Below are positions 34,326 through 42,915 of a stretch of 51,886 bases of DNA, piece after piece. Under the pieces are notes generated by a model that saw only the letters and a list, made by a program, of their open reading frames with translations, ran no database searches and was not told the DNA's origin. The DNA lies in the IMG/VR virus record IMGVR_UViG_3300030380_004241, positions 1 through 51,886 of that record; one strand, written 5' to 3'. The first letter of the stretch is position 1. Each line of letters starts with the position of its first letter. The translations under genes and the position numbers were made by a program. Origin of the DNA: a virus. Lineage: Duplodnaviria > Caudoviricetes.

Positions 34326-35234
34326 ATGGCAATGAATAGAGCACAATTTGCAAAAATGCTCGAGCCAGGACTTAACACCCTCTTTGGCTTGGAGTACGAT
34401 TCCTATCCACCTGAGTGGCAGACAGTCTTTGAAACCAACACCTCCCAGAAGGCATTTGAAGAAGATGTTCTGCTGGAAGGCTTCGGCAATGCTCCTGTGA
34501 AAAATGAAGGTGCAGCGATCTCTTATGATGCAGCAAGCCAGCAATGGACTGCTCGCTATCAGCATGAGACAATCGCTCTTGCTTTCAGCATCACTGAAGA
34601 AGCTGAAGAAGATGGTCTTTATGGCTCGATCGCTGCTCGTTACACAAAAGCACTCGCACGCTCAATGGCTTCCACAAAGGAAATCAAAGGTGCAAATGTT
34701 CTGAACAATGCTTTCAGCGGTTCAGGTGTAACTGGTGGCGACGGAAAGACTTTGTGTGCAACTGATCACCCGACTCGTTCAGGCAATCAGTCAAACACTT
34801 TGGCAACTGCCGCAGACCTTTCAGAGACTTCTCTGGAGCAGATGCTGATTCAAATTGCAGACATGAAGGATGACCGAGGTCTCCGGATTGCTGCACAAGG
34901 CACGATGCTTGTCATCCCGACAGCATACAGCTTTGTTGCAGAGCGTTTGCTTGAATCTCAACTGCGCACAGGCACAGCAGACAATGACATCAATGCTATT
35001 CGCAATGGTGGCTATCTGCCTCAAGGATATCACGTGATGCGTCGTCTGACTGATTCAGATGCATTCTTCATCATGACTGATGTTCCGGATGGCCTGAAGC
35101 ACTTCCAGCGTTCGCCTCTGAAAAAAGGCATGGAAGGTGACTTTGAAACTGGCAATGTCCGCTACAAGGTGCGTGAGCGTTATTCGTTCGGCTTCACCGA
35201 CTGGCGTGGCATCTTCGGTTCTGAAGGAGCTTAA
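34326..35234 (+). CDS. Major capsid protein
   Basis: RAQFAKMLEPGLNTLFGLEY, FSITEEA.EDGLY, GGDGKTLCATDHP, GTADNDINA, DFETGNVRYKVRERYSFGFTDWRGIFGS. Confidence 0.93.
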   Translation: MAMNRAQFAKMLEPGLNTLFGLEYDSYPPEWQTVFETNTSQKAFEEDVLLEGFGNAPVKNEGAAISYDAASQQWTARYQHETIALAFSITEEAEEDGLYGSIAARYTKALARSMASTKEIKGANVLNNAFSGSGVTGGDGKTLCATDHPTRSGNQSNTLATAADLSETSLEQMLIQIADMKDDRGLRIAAQGTMLVIPTAYSFVAERLLESQLRTGTADNDINAIRNGGYLPQGYHVMRRLTDSDAFFIMTDVPDGLKHFQRSPLKKGMEGDFETGNVRYKVRERYSFGFTDWRGIFGSEGA

Positions 35235-35243
35235 AACAAATGT

Positions 35244-35312
35244 GGGGAGGGGCAGAAGCTCCTCCCTCAACTCAACCCTGACTGCTTCGGCAGACAATAG
35301 CCAAGACAGGAG
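35244..35312 (+). promoter_or_regulatory. Post-capsid structured RNA element (two stems)
   Basis: GGGGAGGGGC-AGAA-GCTCCTCCCT, then CCTG...CTGC-TTCG-GCAG...CAGG whose 3' arm includes the SD of the next gene. Confidence 0.65.
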
Positions 35313-35318
35313 ATTGAT

Positions 35319-35843
35319 ATGGCTAGAACAACTTTCTCGGGTCCAGTCCGTGTAGGAAAGGCTCAAAAAACAAGCGATGCAGAATTTGCTGGCGCAGTAA
35401 GCCTCGTCGCAACTGCCTATATGGCAGACCCAACAGCAGCAACCACAACAGAACTTCGTAGAGGATCCAGTGCAACTGGCAACTCTGCCAAGGCAGTTAT
35501 CTTGCCTGCTGGCGCAATCATTACAAGGATTGAAGCAGAAGCAGATGCAACTGGCGGTACAAACCCGACTTTTGATCTAGGCTTCATTGAAGTAAAAAGC
35601 TCTGGTGCTGCTTCAGACACTGACGGCATCATTGATGATGGTGACGCAGACGCAGGTCACACAGTCTTTGATTTTTCAACAGCAACTGTTGGAGATGACT
35701 TTGGCTTTGTGATGAGCTCAGACTATCCTGTTAAAATTACAGGTGGTGTAGGTGCTTCTGCTGCAACTGGTGGCAACATCAACTTGAGGATTCACTATCA
35801 CGTTTACGACACTTCGTTCGGAACTGATGGTAGTGCATCATAA
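35319..35843 (+). CDS. Structural protein (MARTTFSGPV family; head-associated)
   Basis: N-terminal TTFSGPV motif and ILPAGAII beta-domain; follows the MCP. Confidence 0.78.
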   Translation: MARTTFSGPVRVGKAQKTSDAEFAGAVSLVATAYMADPTAATTTELRRGSSATGNSAKAVILPAGAIITRIEAEADATGGTNPTFDLGFIEVKSSGAASDTDGIIDDGDADAGHTVFDFSTATVGDDFGFVMSSDYPVKITGGVGASAATGGNINLRIHYHVYDTSFGTDGSAS

Positions 35844-35853
35844 GGAGGGATAG

Positions 35854-36267
35854 ATGGCTGATATCGTAAGCACAACTACGATAGCCGACAACCCTCGTGA
35901 GGCTGTGTTCGCTTTTCAATACCAGTATGTTGATACTGGGGATGAAAGTGCAGTCACTAAGATTGATGTTTCTTCTCTTGCTGTAAGTTCCGCAGGTGAC
36001 ACTTGTACAGGAATAAGAATCCTTGAGTGTTGGTGGGTCATGAAAAGCATGACTGTTCAAATATTGGCAGCTGCATCGACTAATGTTATGATGTTGCACT
36101 TGTCTGAAGATCAGTCTGGCTATCAAGACTTCACATCGTTTGGTGGTCTTCCATCAAGCAAAAGCTTCGGGACAAGCCCAACTGGTGACGTTAAGTTTAC
36201 GACAACTGGTGCAGGTGCTGTAGGAGATACTTATCAAATAGTCATGAGGGTGGCTAAAGAATATTAA
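35854..36267 (+). CDS. Putative structural protein
   Basis: DTGDESAVTKIDVSSL...DFTSFGGL...TGDVKFTT. Confidence 0.78.
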   Translation: MADIVSTTTIADNPREAVFAFQYQYVDTGDESAVTKIDVSSLAVSSAGDTCTGIRILECWWVMKSMTVQILAAASTNVMMLHLSEDQSGYQDFTSFGGLPSSKSFGTSPTGDVKFTTTGAGAVGDTYQIVMRVAKEY

Positions 36268-36273
36268 AAGGCT

Positions 36274-36308
36274 GGGTGGCTTTGGCCACCCTCCTAACTT
36301 TTAGGAGG
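36274..36308 (+). promoter_or_regulatory. Tandem hairpins, the second occluding the SD of the adaptor gene
   Basis: GGGTGGC-TTTG-GCCACCC and CCTCCTAA-CTT-TTAGGAGG, 4 nt before ATG 36313. Confidence 0.72.
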
Positions 36309-36312
36309 CAAA

Positions 36313-36993
36313 ATGACAACTTCAGGAACAGTCGCATTCAGACCAAACATTGAAGAGATCATTGCCGAGTCTTTTGAGCGAATCGGCATGGACTCTCAAG
36401 CCTTGACAGGCTATCAAGCTCGTGCAGCTCGCAGGAGCCTTAATCTTCTTTTCAGTGAGTGGGCTAACAGAGGAATAAACTATTGGGCGGTTCAGAATAA
36501 TACGCTGAATCTGACACAAGGGACAATATCTTATACACTTCCAGTTGGAACAATAGATCTTATTGATGTTGTTGTCAGAGAAACTGTTGGCGGCACTACC
36601 AATGATACAGTTCTTCAGCGAATCAGCATCTCTGAATACAACCAACTCCCGAACAAAACTTCTTCAGGACGCCCAAGCCAATACATGCTCGACAAGCAAT
36701 ATACACCTGTCCTTTATACTTGGCAGGTTGCTGACAGCAATGACTACAGTCTTGTTTATTGGTCAATCAATCAACTTGAAGATATCACAGCATCAAACCA
36801 AGATGCAGATGTCCCTTATCGCTGGACTGATTGCATTTGTGCTGGGTTGGCTAGCAAGCTGTCACTTAAATATATGCCTGATAAATTTAACTTGATGAGT
36901 CAAGTTTATGAAAGGGCATTTGAGTTCGCAGCAGCAAGTGATAATGATGGCGTAACAATGAGGATTCGCCCGACTGGTCTTAATTTAGGATAA
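36313..36993 (+). CDS. Head-to-tail adaptor / tail tubular protein
   Basis: ARRSLNLLFSEWANRGIN.W, Y..LPNK...GRPSQY, DVPYRW..CICAGLA. Confidence 0.78.
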   Translation: MTTSGTVAFRPNIEEIIAESFERIGMDSQALTGYQARAARRSLNLLFSEWANRGINYWAVQNNTLNLTQGTISYTLPVGTIDLIDVVVRETVGGTTNDTVLQRISISEYNQLPNKTSSGRPSQYMLDKQYTPVLYTWQVADSNDYSLVYWSINQLEDITASNQDADVPYRWTDCICAGLASKLSLKYMPDKFNLMSQVYERAFEFAAASDNDGVTMRIRPTGLNLG

Positions 36994-36997
36994 CAAT

Positions 36998-37951
36998 ATG
37001 GCATCTGTCAAACGAGCAAGGGGAAAAAGATCTGTAGCGATAAGCGACCGCTCTGGTTTCAAAGTCCCATACACCTCGTTAAAAACGACATGGGAAGGCT
37101 TACGTGTCGAGCCAGAAGAATATGAATCAAAACACCCACAGCTGACACCGCCAAGAAATGTTGTAGATGCCACTGCTCTTTTCAACCCGAGACCTGACAA
37201 TGACCCTGAAGATGTGCACTTCTTTGTCGGGTATAATTATAATATATTCCTTGATCCTATAGACAGACCGCCAGTTGGCATTGCAGGATTCGGTGCCGTA
37301 GCTTCACAGTCTTCGTTAGTAATCGAGCAAGAAAAAGTAATAGCGACAGGCTTAGCAGGCACTGGTGCAATCGGAACTGTTTCCATAGACATATTTATTG
37401 ATGTCAGACCAAGTGGTGCAGCTGGCACAGGCGCAGTCGGAACAGAAATCCCAAGAGCTTCTGTGATTGAAACAGGAGTCGCTGGCACTGGTGCAATCGG
37501 CGTTGAGATTCCTGAGTCAATTATAAATGAAACAGGCGTCGCAGGAACAGGTACGACAGGCACAGAAGTTATCAGCTTGCGCGTTGAGCAACAAGGAATC
37601 GCAGGAACAGGTGCCATAGGGACACCAACCCTAAAGGCTTCCATAAATGAAACAGGAGTCGCAGGAACAGGCGCAGTCGGGACAGAAAGTCTTGAGTCAG
37701 AACTTAATGCAACAGGGGTAGCTGGCACAGGCGCAGTCCACATCCTCGGAGAGTCAGATGGCAGCAGCGTTACAGTTCTTGTCACAGGAATCTCAGGAAT
37801 CGGAAGGGCAGGAAGCGTCGGAAATGAGTTGCTTGTTTCTGAGATCATTGAGTCTGGCGTAGCAGGCACAGGCGCAGTAGGCACTGCAGAAGCCACAACA
37901 GCAGTCGCTTGGGGTCAAGGTGCTTGGGGCGTAGGAACATGGGGAATATAA
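36998..37951 (+). CDS. Structural protein with tandem ~21-aa Gly-rich repeats
   Basis: N-terminal SDRSGFK...EYESKHPQL...PRPD; about nine (E)TGVAGTGA(I/V)G repeats; C-terminal WGQGAWGVGTWG. Confidence 0.8.
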   Translation: MASVKRARGKRSVAISDRSGFKVPYTSLKTTWEGLRVEPEEYESKHPQLTPPRNVVDATALFNPRPDNDPEDVHFFVGYNYNIFLDPIDRPPVGIAGFGAVASQSSLVIEQEKVIATGLAGTGAIGTVSIDIFIDVRPSGAAGTGAVGTEIPRASVIETGVAGTGAIGVEIPESIINETGVAGTGTTGTEVISLRVEQQGIAGTGAIGTPTLKASINETGVAGTGAVGTESLESELNATGVAGTGAVHILGESDGSSVTVLVTGISGIGRAGSVGNELLVSEIIESGVAGTGAVGTAEATTAVAWGQGAWGVGTWGI

Positions 37952-37952
37952 T

Positions 37953-38576
37953 ATGAATTACACATCACTCGTTCAAAACATAAAAGATTTTATGGAAGAC
38001 GACTCAACAGAGTTCTCTAACTCTATAAACACAATAATCAGTCAAGCTGAGGAAATGGTCTTTCAGCGTTTGCCAAGCTTGCCTTGTTTTAGGAAAACAA
38101 CTACAGGCTCTCTGGTCATTGGCACTGCTGATTATGATGTAGCCAGTGCACGTATGATTCGTCAAGTTTCAATTACAAATTCAAGCAATGTTGAGTTTCT
38201 TGATCACCGCATTGATTCTTATCTGCGAGACTTTTCCCCGAACTCAGCAACAACTGGCAAGCCAACAATTTACAGCACCAAAGATGCTGATACTAGCGGA
38301 ATCACAATAACTTTGGCACCAACGCCAGATGCAACCTATTCTTTTCAAGTTGACTTCATAGCACCAGAAACTGGACTTTCTTCAAGTAATGCAAACAGTT
38401 GGATAGGTGATAATGCGGAAAATGTTTTACTTTCTGCGGCACTTTATGAAAGTTCTGCTTTTCTTAAAGCACCAGAGACGTTAAACTTATATAAGGGACA
38501 GTTTGATGAAGCTGTGCAACTGTTCCAGCAAGAAATGGCACGGAATTACACAGCTGAATATAACGGAGGCATATAA
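37953..38576 (+). CDS. Tail adaptor/connector-type structural protein
   Basis: MNYTSL...I.QAE...G.P..Y...LAPTPDATY...W.GDNA..VLL.AAL.E..AFLK. Confidence 0.75.
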   Translation: MNYTSLVQNIKDFMEDDSTEFSNSINTIISQAEEMVFQRLPSLPCFRKTTTGSLVIGTADYDVASARMIRQVSITNSSNVEFLDHRIDSYLRDFSPNSATTGKPTIYSTKDADTSGITITLAPTPDATYSFQVDFIAPETGLSSSNANSWIGDNAENVLLSAALYESSAFLKAPETLNLYKGQFDEAVQLFQQEMARNYTAEYNGGI

Positions 38577-38992
38577 TGGCTATAACTCAAGCAATGTGCA
38601 CCAGCTTTAAACAAGAGCTCTTTAATAAAGAGCATGATCTTGATACAGACACTATTAAGATTGCGCTCTATACCTCTTCTGCGAGCCTTGGTGCTGGAAC
38701 AACTGCATACTCAACAGCAAATGAAATCAGTGGAGCTGGATATTCTGCTGGTGGCATAACAATGACAGGAGCAACCCTAGGAACTAGTGGTGTTGTGGCT
38801 TTTGTTGATTTTAACGATCCAGAATGGACTTCAGCGACTTTCACAACAGCTGGTGCATTAATATACAACGATGATGTAAGTGACAAAGCTATCGCAGTTC
38901 TTAGTTTTGGTGGTGATTTCACTGTTACTGCGGGAACTTTCAGAATTGTTCTTCCTGCTCCAGGAACATCAGCGATTCTGAGAATAGATTGA
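38576..38992 (+). CDS. Structural protein (MAITQAMCTSFKQEL family)
   Basis: KIALYTSSA, YSAGG, GALIYN, AVLSFGGD. Confidence 0.78.
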   Translation: MAITQAMCTSFKQELFNKEHDLDTDTIKIALYTSSASLGAGTTAYSTANEISGAGYSAGGITMTGATLGTSGVVAFVDFNDPEWTSATFTTAGALIYNDDVSDKAIAVLSFGGDFTVTAGTFRIVLPAPGTSAILRID

Positions 38993-39003
38993 GGAGATAA
39001 CCC

Positions 39004-41148
39004 ATGCCCAGTACTTACTCAACCAATCTTCGCTTTGAACTCATGGCGACTGGCGAGAAGTCAGGAACATGGGGGACAATCTCAAACACAAACATTGGCA
39101 CTCTTATTGAACAAGCTATTTCAGGAGTTGCGAATGTTGCCCATGACGATTCTGCGAACTACAGCTTAACAACAGGCAATGGCACGACTGACGAGGCTCG
39201 TAATGCTGTTGTCAGGATCACAGGCACCTTAACAGCTGCAAGGAATGTTGTTGTTCCGGCTGTTGATAAAGTCTATCTCATCAAAAATAATACTAGTGGT
39301 GGGTATGCGATTACTGTCAAGACCTCTTCAGGGACAGGCATAACAGTGCCCAATGGCGAAACAAAGTTGCTTTACTCTGATGCAACGAATGTTGTTGAGG
39401 CTGTTGACAGCTTAACAAACTTGACGATGGCTGGAGATCTTACTGTCAATGGATCAACGACCAATCTTGACAGTGCAGTTGTCATTAACGAGTCTGGTGC
39501 GAGTGTTGATTTCCGCGTTGAAGGGGATACAGCTACTCATATGCTGTTCGTTGACGGGAGTGCCGACAGAGTTGGCATAAATCAGAGCAGCCCATCACAC
39601 ACTCTTGATGTTGATGGCTCAGCAAGAATCCTCAGTGACAATAACGCCACACAGCTTACTCTTGAGAGCAGCGATGCTGATGCAACTGAAGGTCCAAGGC
39701 TTGATCTGCGTCGGAACAGCGCAAGTCCTGCTGATGATGATCAGGCAGGAATTATAAGATTCTTGGCTGAAAACGATGCTGGGGAAAACATAACTTACTC
39801 CACAATCAAATCGACCTTGAGAGATGTCACTGATGGCACGGAAGATGCCGAAGTAATTTTCCAAAATAGGATTGCTGGAACCCTGCAAGCTCCTATAAGG
39901 ATCAAGCCAAGCGAAGTCGCAATCAACGACGATCAAATCGACGTTGATTTCCGTGTTGAGAGCGACACCGATACTCATGCACTTTTTGTTGACGCTGGGA
40001 ATGATCGTGTCGGCATCGGCTCTGCTTCTAATGTCGGCAAGTTGCTGGTTTCTGGGGACTCCGGAACAGGTTCAAACCTTGGCGATGGAGACACTTTAAT
40101 TAGTCAGCAGAACAAAGGTTTCGTCTCAATTGAAAACCTTAATGACACAGCTGGTGTTGAAAGTGGTATCACTCTCAGAGCAAAGTTAAATTTAGCTGGT
40201 GCTGCCGCAATTTATGTTAGGCAAACTGGGGATTATCAAGGCGACTTGATCTTCCGTCACAGGACGGCTGGTTCAGCTTCAAACGAAACATTCAGGATCA
40301 AACACGACGCAACAGCACAGTTTCACGGCAACCTTAATGTTCTCGATCCTGGCGGGACTACAGATGTGACATTGGTTGCAGATGGTGGCAACCTCTTCCT
40401 TGGACCTTCGGCTCAAGCCCACAGTGGCATTTCAGGTGTTAAATTGATGGCCTCTGCGGGGGACAGTGGGGTAACTCCTTCGGGCGAAGTTTTCATCGAA
40501 GATAATGCGGGTGTCTCTTTGACACTTGCAAGTCCAAATACAAATGCTTCTAGGATTAATTTCGCCGACCCAGAAGATTTTGATGTCGGTGAAATTGAAT
40601 ATGATCACTCGTCGAATGTGATGACATTCAGAGCCGCAGGTGCCAACAAGATGTACATAGCCAGTGATGGGGTTCGCATCGGGGCAAATGCGGCTGCTAA
40701 TGCTCTGGATGATATTGAGGACGGAACTTTCTCTGTGACAGCGGAGAGAGGTGGGGTCTCTGGAACAGGCACCAGAGAAACGCTGGACATGCGTTATTTC
40801 AAAGTCGGCAGGTTAGTTTTCATTGACTTCACTGCTCCAGAAAGCAGCACAGCACCTTATTTCAATGTAGGTTCTTCTGGCTATTCTTCTGGTCAAAGTT
40901 TCAAATTTGCAAGCTCGGGCAGCAACTTGCCGTTCACGCCAAAGAACAGTGCATCTTGCCGTTTAGGAAAAGCCAGATCCCTGAGTGGGATTAATGAATT
41001 AGGTGTCGGCTGGAGGGCAGGTTCAGGGCGAATATATTTAGGTGAAGCTAATGACAATGAATATGTCATGCATAACACCGCCACAACGAGCCTCGCACAG
41101 TCAAATGTTACAGTGCAGTGCACTTTCTGCTATTACACAAATTCTTAG
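39004..41148 (+). CDS. Tail fibre / receptor-binding protein
   Basis: Conserved N-terminal MPSTYS...GE.SGTWG..TN anchor; duplicated DFRVE.D...LFVD...DRVGI module; C-terminal ANALDD.E.GT...YFKVGRLV domain. Confidence 0.85.
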   Translation: MPSTYSTNLRFELMATGEKSGTWGTISNTNIGTLIEQAISGVANVAHDDSANYSLTTGNGTTDEARNAVVRITGTLTAARNVVVPAVDKVYLIKNNTSGGYAITVKTSSGTGITVPNGETKLLYSDATNVVEAVDSLTNLTMAGDLTVNGSTTNLDSAVVINESGASVDFRVEGDTATHMLFVDGSADRVGINQSSPSHTLDVDGSARILSDNNATQLTLESSDADATEGPRLDLRRNSASPADDDQAGIIRFLAENDAGENITYSTIKSTLRDVTDGTEDAEVIFQNRIAGTLQAPIRIKPSEVAINDDQIDVDFRVESDTDTHALFVDAGNDRVGIGSASNVGKLLVSGDSGTGSNLGDGDTLISQQNKGFVSIENLNDTAGVESGITLRAKLNLAGAAAIYVRQTGDYQGDLIFRHRTAGSASNETFRIKHDATAQFHGNLNVLDPGGTTDVTLVADGGNLFLGPSAQAHSGISGVKLMASAGDSGVTPSGEVFIEDNAGVSLTLASPNTNASRINFADPEDFDVGEIEYDHSSNVMTFRAAGANKMYIASDGVRIGANAAANALDDIEDGTFSVTAERGGVSGTGTRETLDMRYFKVGRLVFIDFTAPESSTAPYFNVGSSGYSSGQSFKFASSGSNLPFTPKNSASCRLGKARSLSGINELGVGWRAGSGRIYLGEANDNEYVMHNTATTSLAQSNVTVQCTFCYYTNS

Positions 41149-41157
41149 GAGGACAAA

Positions 41158-41427
41158 ATGAGCTTAACAAAAAACATAATCACAGACAAAATTGAGTCTG
41201 TTGATACCGAACTTGGCTGGCACAATGTGCAAGTCAGGGAGGCGCACATAATCATTGAAAATGGGAAAGAGATCTCGCGAAGCAATCATCGTTATCTTAT
41301 TCACCCCACAGATGATTGGTCAAGCTATCCCTCGGAAGTCCAAGCAATATGCAATGTTGTTCATACAACCGAGCGTCAAAATGCTTATACAAATTACATG
41401 AACAGCAGCCCTGAGGATGATTCGTGA
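41158..41427 (+). CDS. Tail-fibre-associated small protein
   Basis: DKIE...VQVR...ENGKEISRS.HR...EVQAICN.VHT. Confidence 0.78.
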   Translation: MSLTKNIITDKIESVDTELGWHNVQVREAHIIIENGKEISRSNHRYLIHPTDDWSSYPSEVQAICNVVHTTERQNAYTNYMNSSPEDDS

Positions 41428-41666
41428 TGAGTGAAGGAAATGTTATCAGCATAATGGGCAAAGACTATGATGAGTCTAGCCTTGATGAAAATCAGATCTA
41501 CCTAGTCAATCAGCTTAGGCAGATACAACCTGAATATAATAATCTTAAAATGAAGCTTGATCGTTTGGAGGTTGCTAGAGAGCGTTTTCTGGCAGAGCTA
41601 ATTCACTCGGTCAGAGAACAAAGAGAAGAAGATGACAAAGCCGACAGTGCAGTCAATCAAAGCTGA
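41427..41666 (+). CDS. Small coiled-coil protein
   Basis: TGATG coupling; I.GKDY..L then coiled coil. Confidence 0.72.
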   Translation: MSEGNVISIMGKDYDESSLDENQIYLVNQLRQIQPEYNNLKMKLDRLEVARERFLAELIHSVREQREEDDKADSAVNQS

Positions 41667-41805
41667 ATTGGACACCCATGAGGCAGTTTGCGCGGAGCGT
41701 TGGAAAGAAACCATCCTGCGGATCAAGCGCATTGAGCACATAATGATTGGGACTGCAGGGACTACCATTTTGCTGTTGGTGGGAATCTTATCAAGGAGCT
41801 TGTAA
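41632..41805 (+). CDS. 57-aa membrane-anchored protein (HEAVCAERW...), lysis-cassette associated
   Basis: Not in the ORF track; C-terminal hydrophobic helix; TAATG coupling to the next gene. Confidence 0.75.
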   Translation: MTKPTVQSIKAELDTHEAVCAERWKETILRIKRIEHIMIGTAGTTILLLVGILSRSL

Positions 41806-42008
41806 TGGACATCACAATGGAAAGATTCCTAGCTTGGAAAATTTTACCGAGGCTGATGATGTTCATAATGACATTCATGTATATAAGAGTCATTGAGTGG
41901 GGCATGTCGCTTGAAGATTTAACAACTCAACAAAGCGCAATGATCAGTGTTGTTTCAGGAGCTATGACAGGTGCTTTTGCAGTTTGGCTTGGGAGTGAGA
42001 AAAAATGA
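41805..42008 (+). CDS. Two-TM membrane protein (holin/antiholin-like)
   Basis: WKILPRLMM...QQSAMISVVSGAMTGAFAVW. Confidence 0.75.
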   Translation: MDITMERFLAWKILPRLMMFIMTFMYIRVIEWGMSLEDLTTQQSAMISVVSGAMTGAFAVWLGSEKK

Positions 42009-42400
42009 TACAAGCATTGATCGGACCAGTCGCAGGACTTCTGGACAAATTCATTGAAGACAAAGATCAAAAAGCTAAGTTGGCGCATGAGATTGCTACT
42101 ATGGCAGAAAAGCACGCTCATGAAGCAGCAATGGCGCAGGTGGATGTCAACAAGGCTGAAGCACAGCACAGATCGATATTTGTTGCTGGGTGGCGTCCTT
42201 TCATTGGCTGGACATGCGGTGTTGCTTTGGCTTATCATTTCGTAGCTGCACCACTTATCATCTTTGGCGCAGGTTGGGCAGGAGCAGAGCTCCCCGACTT
42301 GCCGACATTTGATATGGATGCGCTCATGACTGTGTTGCTCGGCATGCTTGGACTTGGCGGTCTGCGCACATACGAGAAAACAAAAGGACTTGCAAAATAA
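42005..42400 (+). CDS. Holin of 3TMs (GTA-type)
   Basis: VNKAEAQH.SIFVAGWRPFIGW...LLGMLGLGGLRTYEK. Confidence 0.88.
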   Translation: MIQALIGPVAGLLDKFIEDKDQKAKLAHEIATMAEKHAHEAAMAQVDVNKAEAQHRSIFVAGWRPFIGWTCGVALAYHFVAAPLIIFGAGWAGAELPDLPTFDMDALMTVLLGMLGLGGLRTYEKTKGLAK

Positions 42401-42915
42401 TGGAAGCGAATTTTTTCAAAAGCCTTGAGATGGTCTTAAAGCATGAAGGTGGCTTTGTAGATCATCCCGAGGATCCTGGTGGTGCCACAAACAAAGGCAT
42501 CACGCACAAAACCTACGCAGACTTTCTTGAGCGTCCTCTGGAAGACGTCAATGAATTAAAAAACATTCCCGATGATCATGTTGAGATGATCTACAAAAAA
42601 CTTTACTGGGACAAAGTCAAAGGCGACGAGCTTCCAAGTGGAGTTGACTTCTGTGTTTTTGATTGGGCTGTAAACAGCGGTCCAGGACGCTCCGCTAAGG
42701 CTCTTCAGTCAATCGTGGGGGCAACTACCGATGGAGCCATTGGACCCATGACGCTGGCTGCAGTGGCTAATAAAGACCCAAAGCAAATTGTTGAAGAAAT
42801 GCACGATGTCAGGCAAGACTTTTATAAGAGCCTAAAGACTTTTGACACATTTGGCAAAGGTTGGACTCGTCGCAATGGAGAAACAAAAGACTCATCACTG
42901 GAGATGATTACATGA
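42400..42915 (+). CDS. Endolysin, glycoside hydrolase family 108 with PG-binding domain
   Basis: HEGGFVDHPEDPGGATNKGIT, FDWAVNSG, DGAIGPMT, FGKGWTRR. Confidence 0.93.
   Translation: MEANFFKSLEMVLKHEGGFVDHPEDPGGATNKGITHKTYADFLERPLEDVNELKNIPDDHVEMIYKKLYWDKVKGDELPSGVDFCVFDWAVNSGPGRSAKALQSIVGATTDGAIGPMTLAAVANKDPKQIVEEMHDVRQDFYKSLKTFDTFGKGWTRRNGETKDSSLEMIT

Noticed and set aside
37237-37896. 219-aa antisense ORF, and similar ones at 26546-27046, 7737-8237 and elsewhere
   Set aside because: Shadow frames of real genes caused by repeat or codon structure.
39004-41148. Diversity-generating retroelement targeting the tail fibre
   Set aside because: No reverse transcriptase and no near-identical template/variable repeat pair seen.
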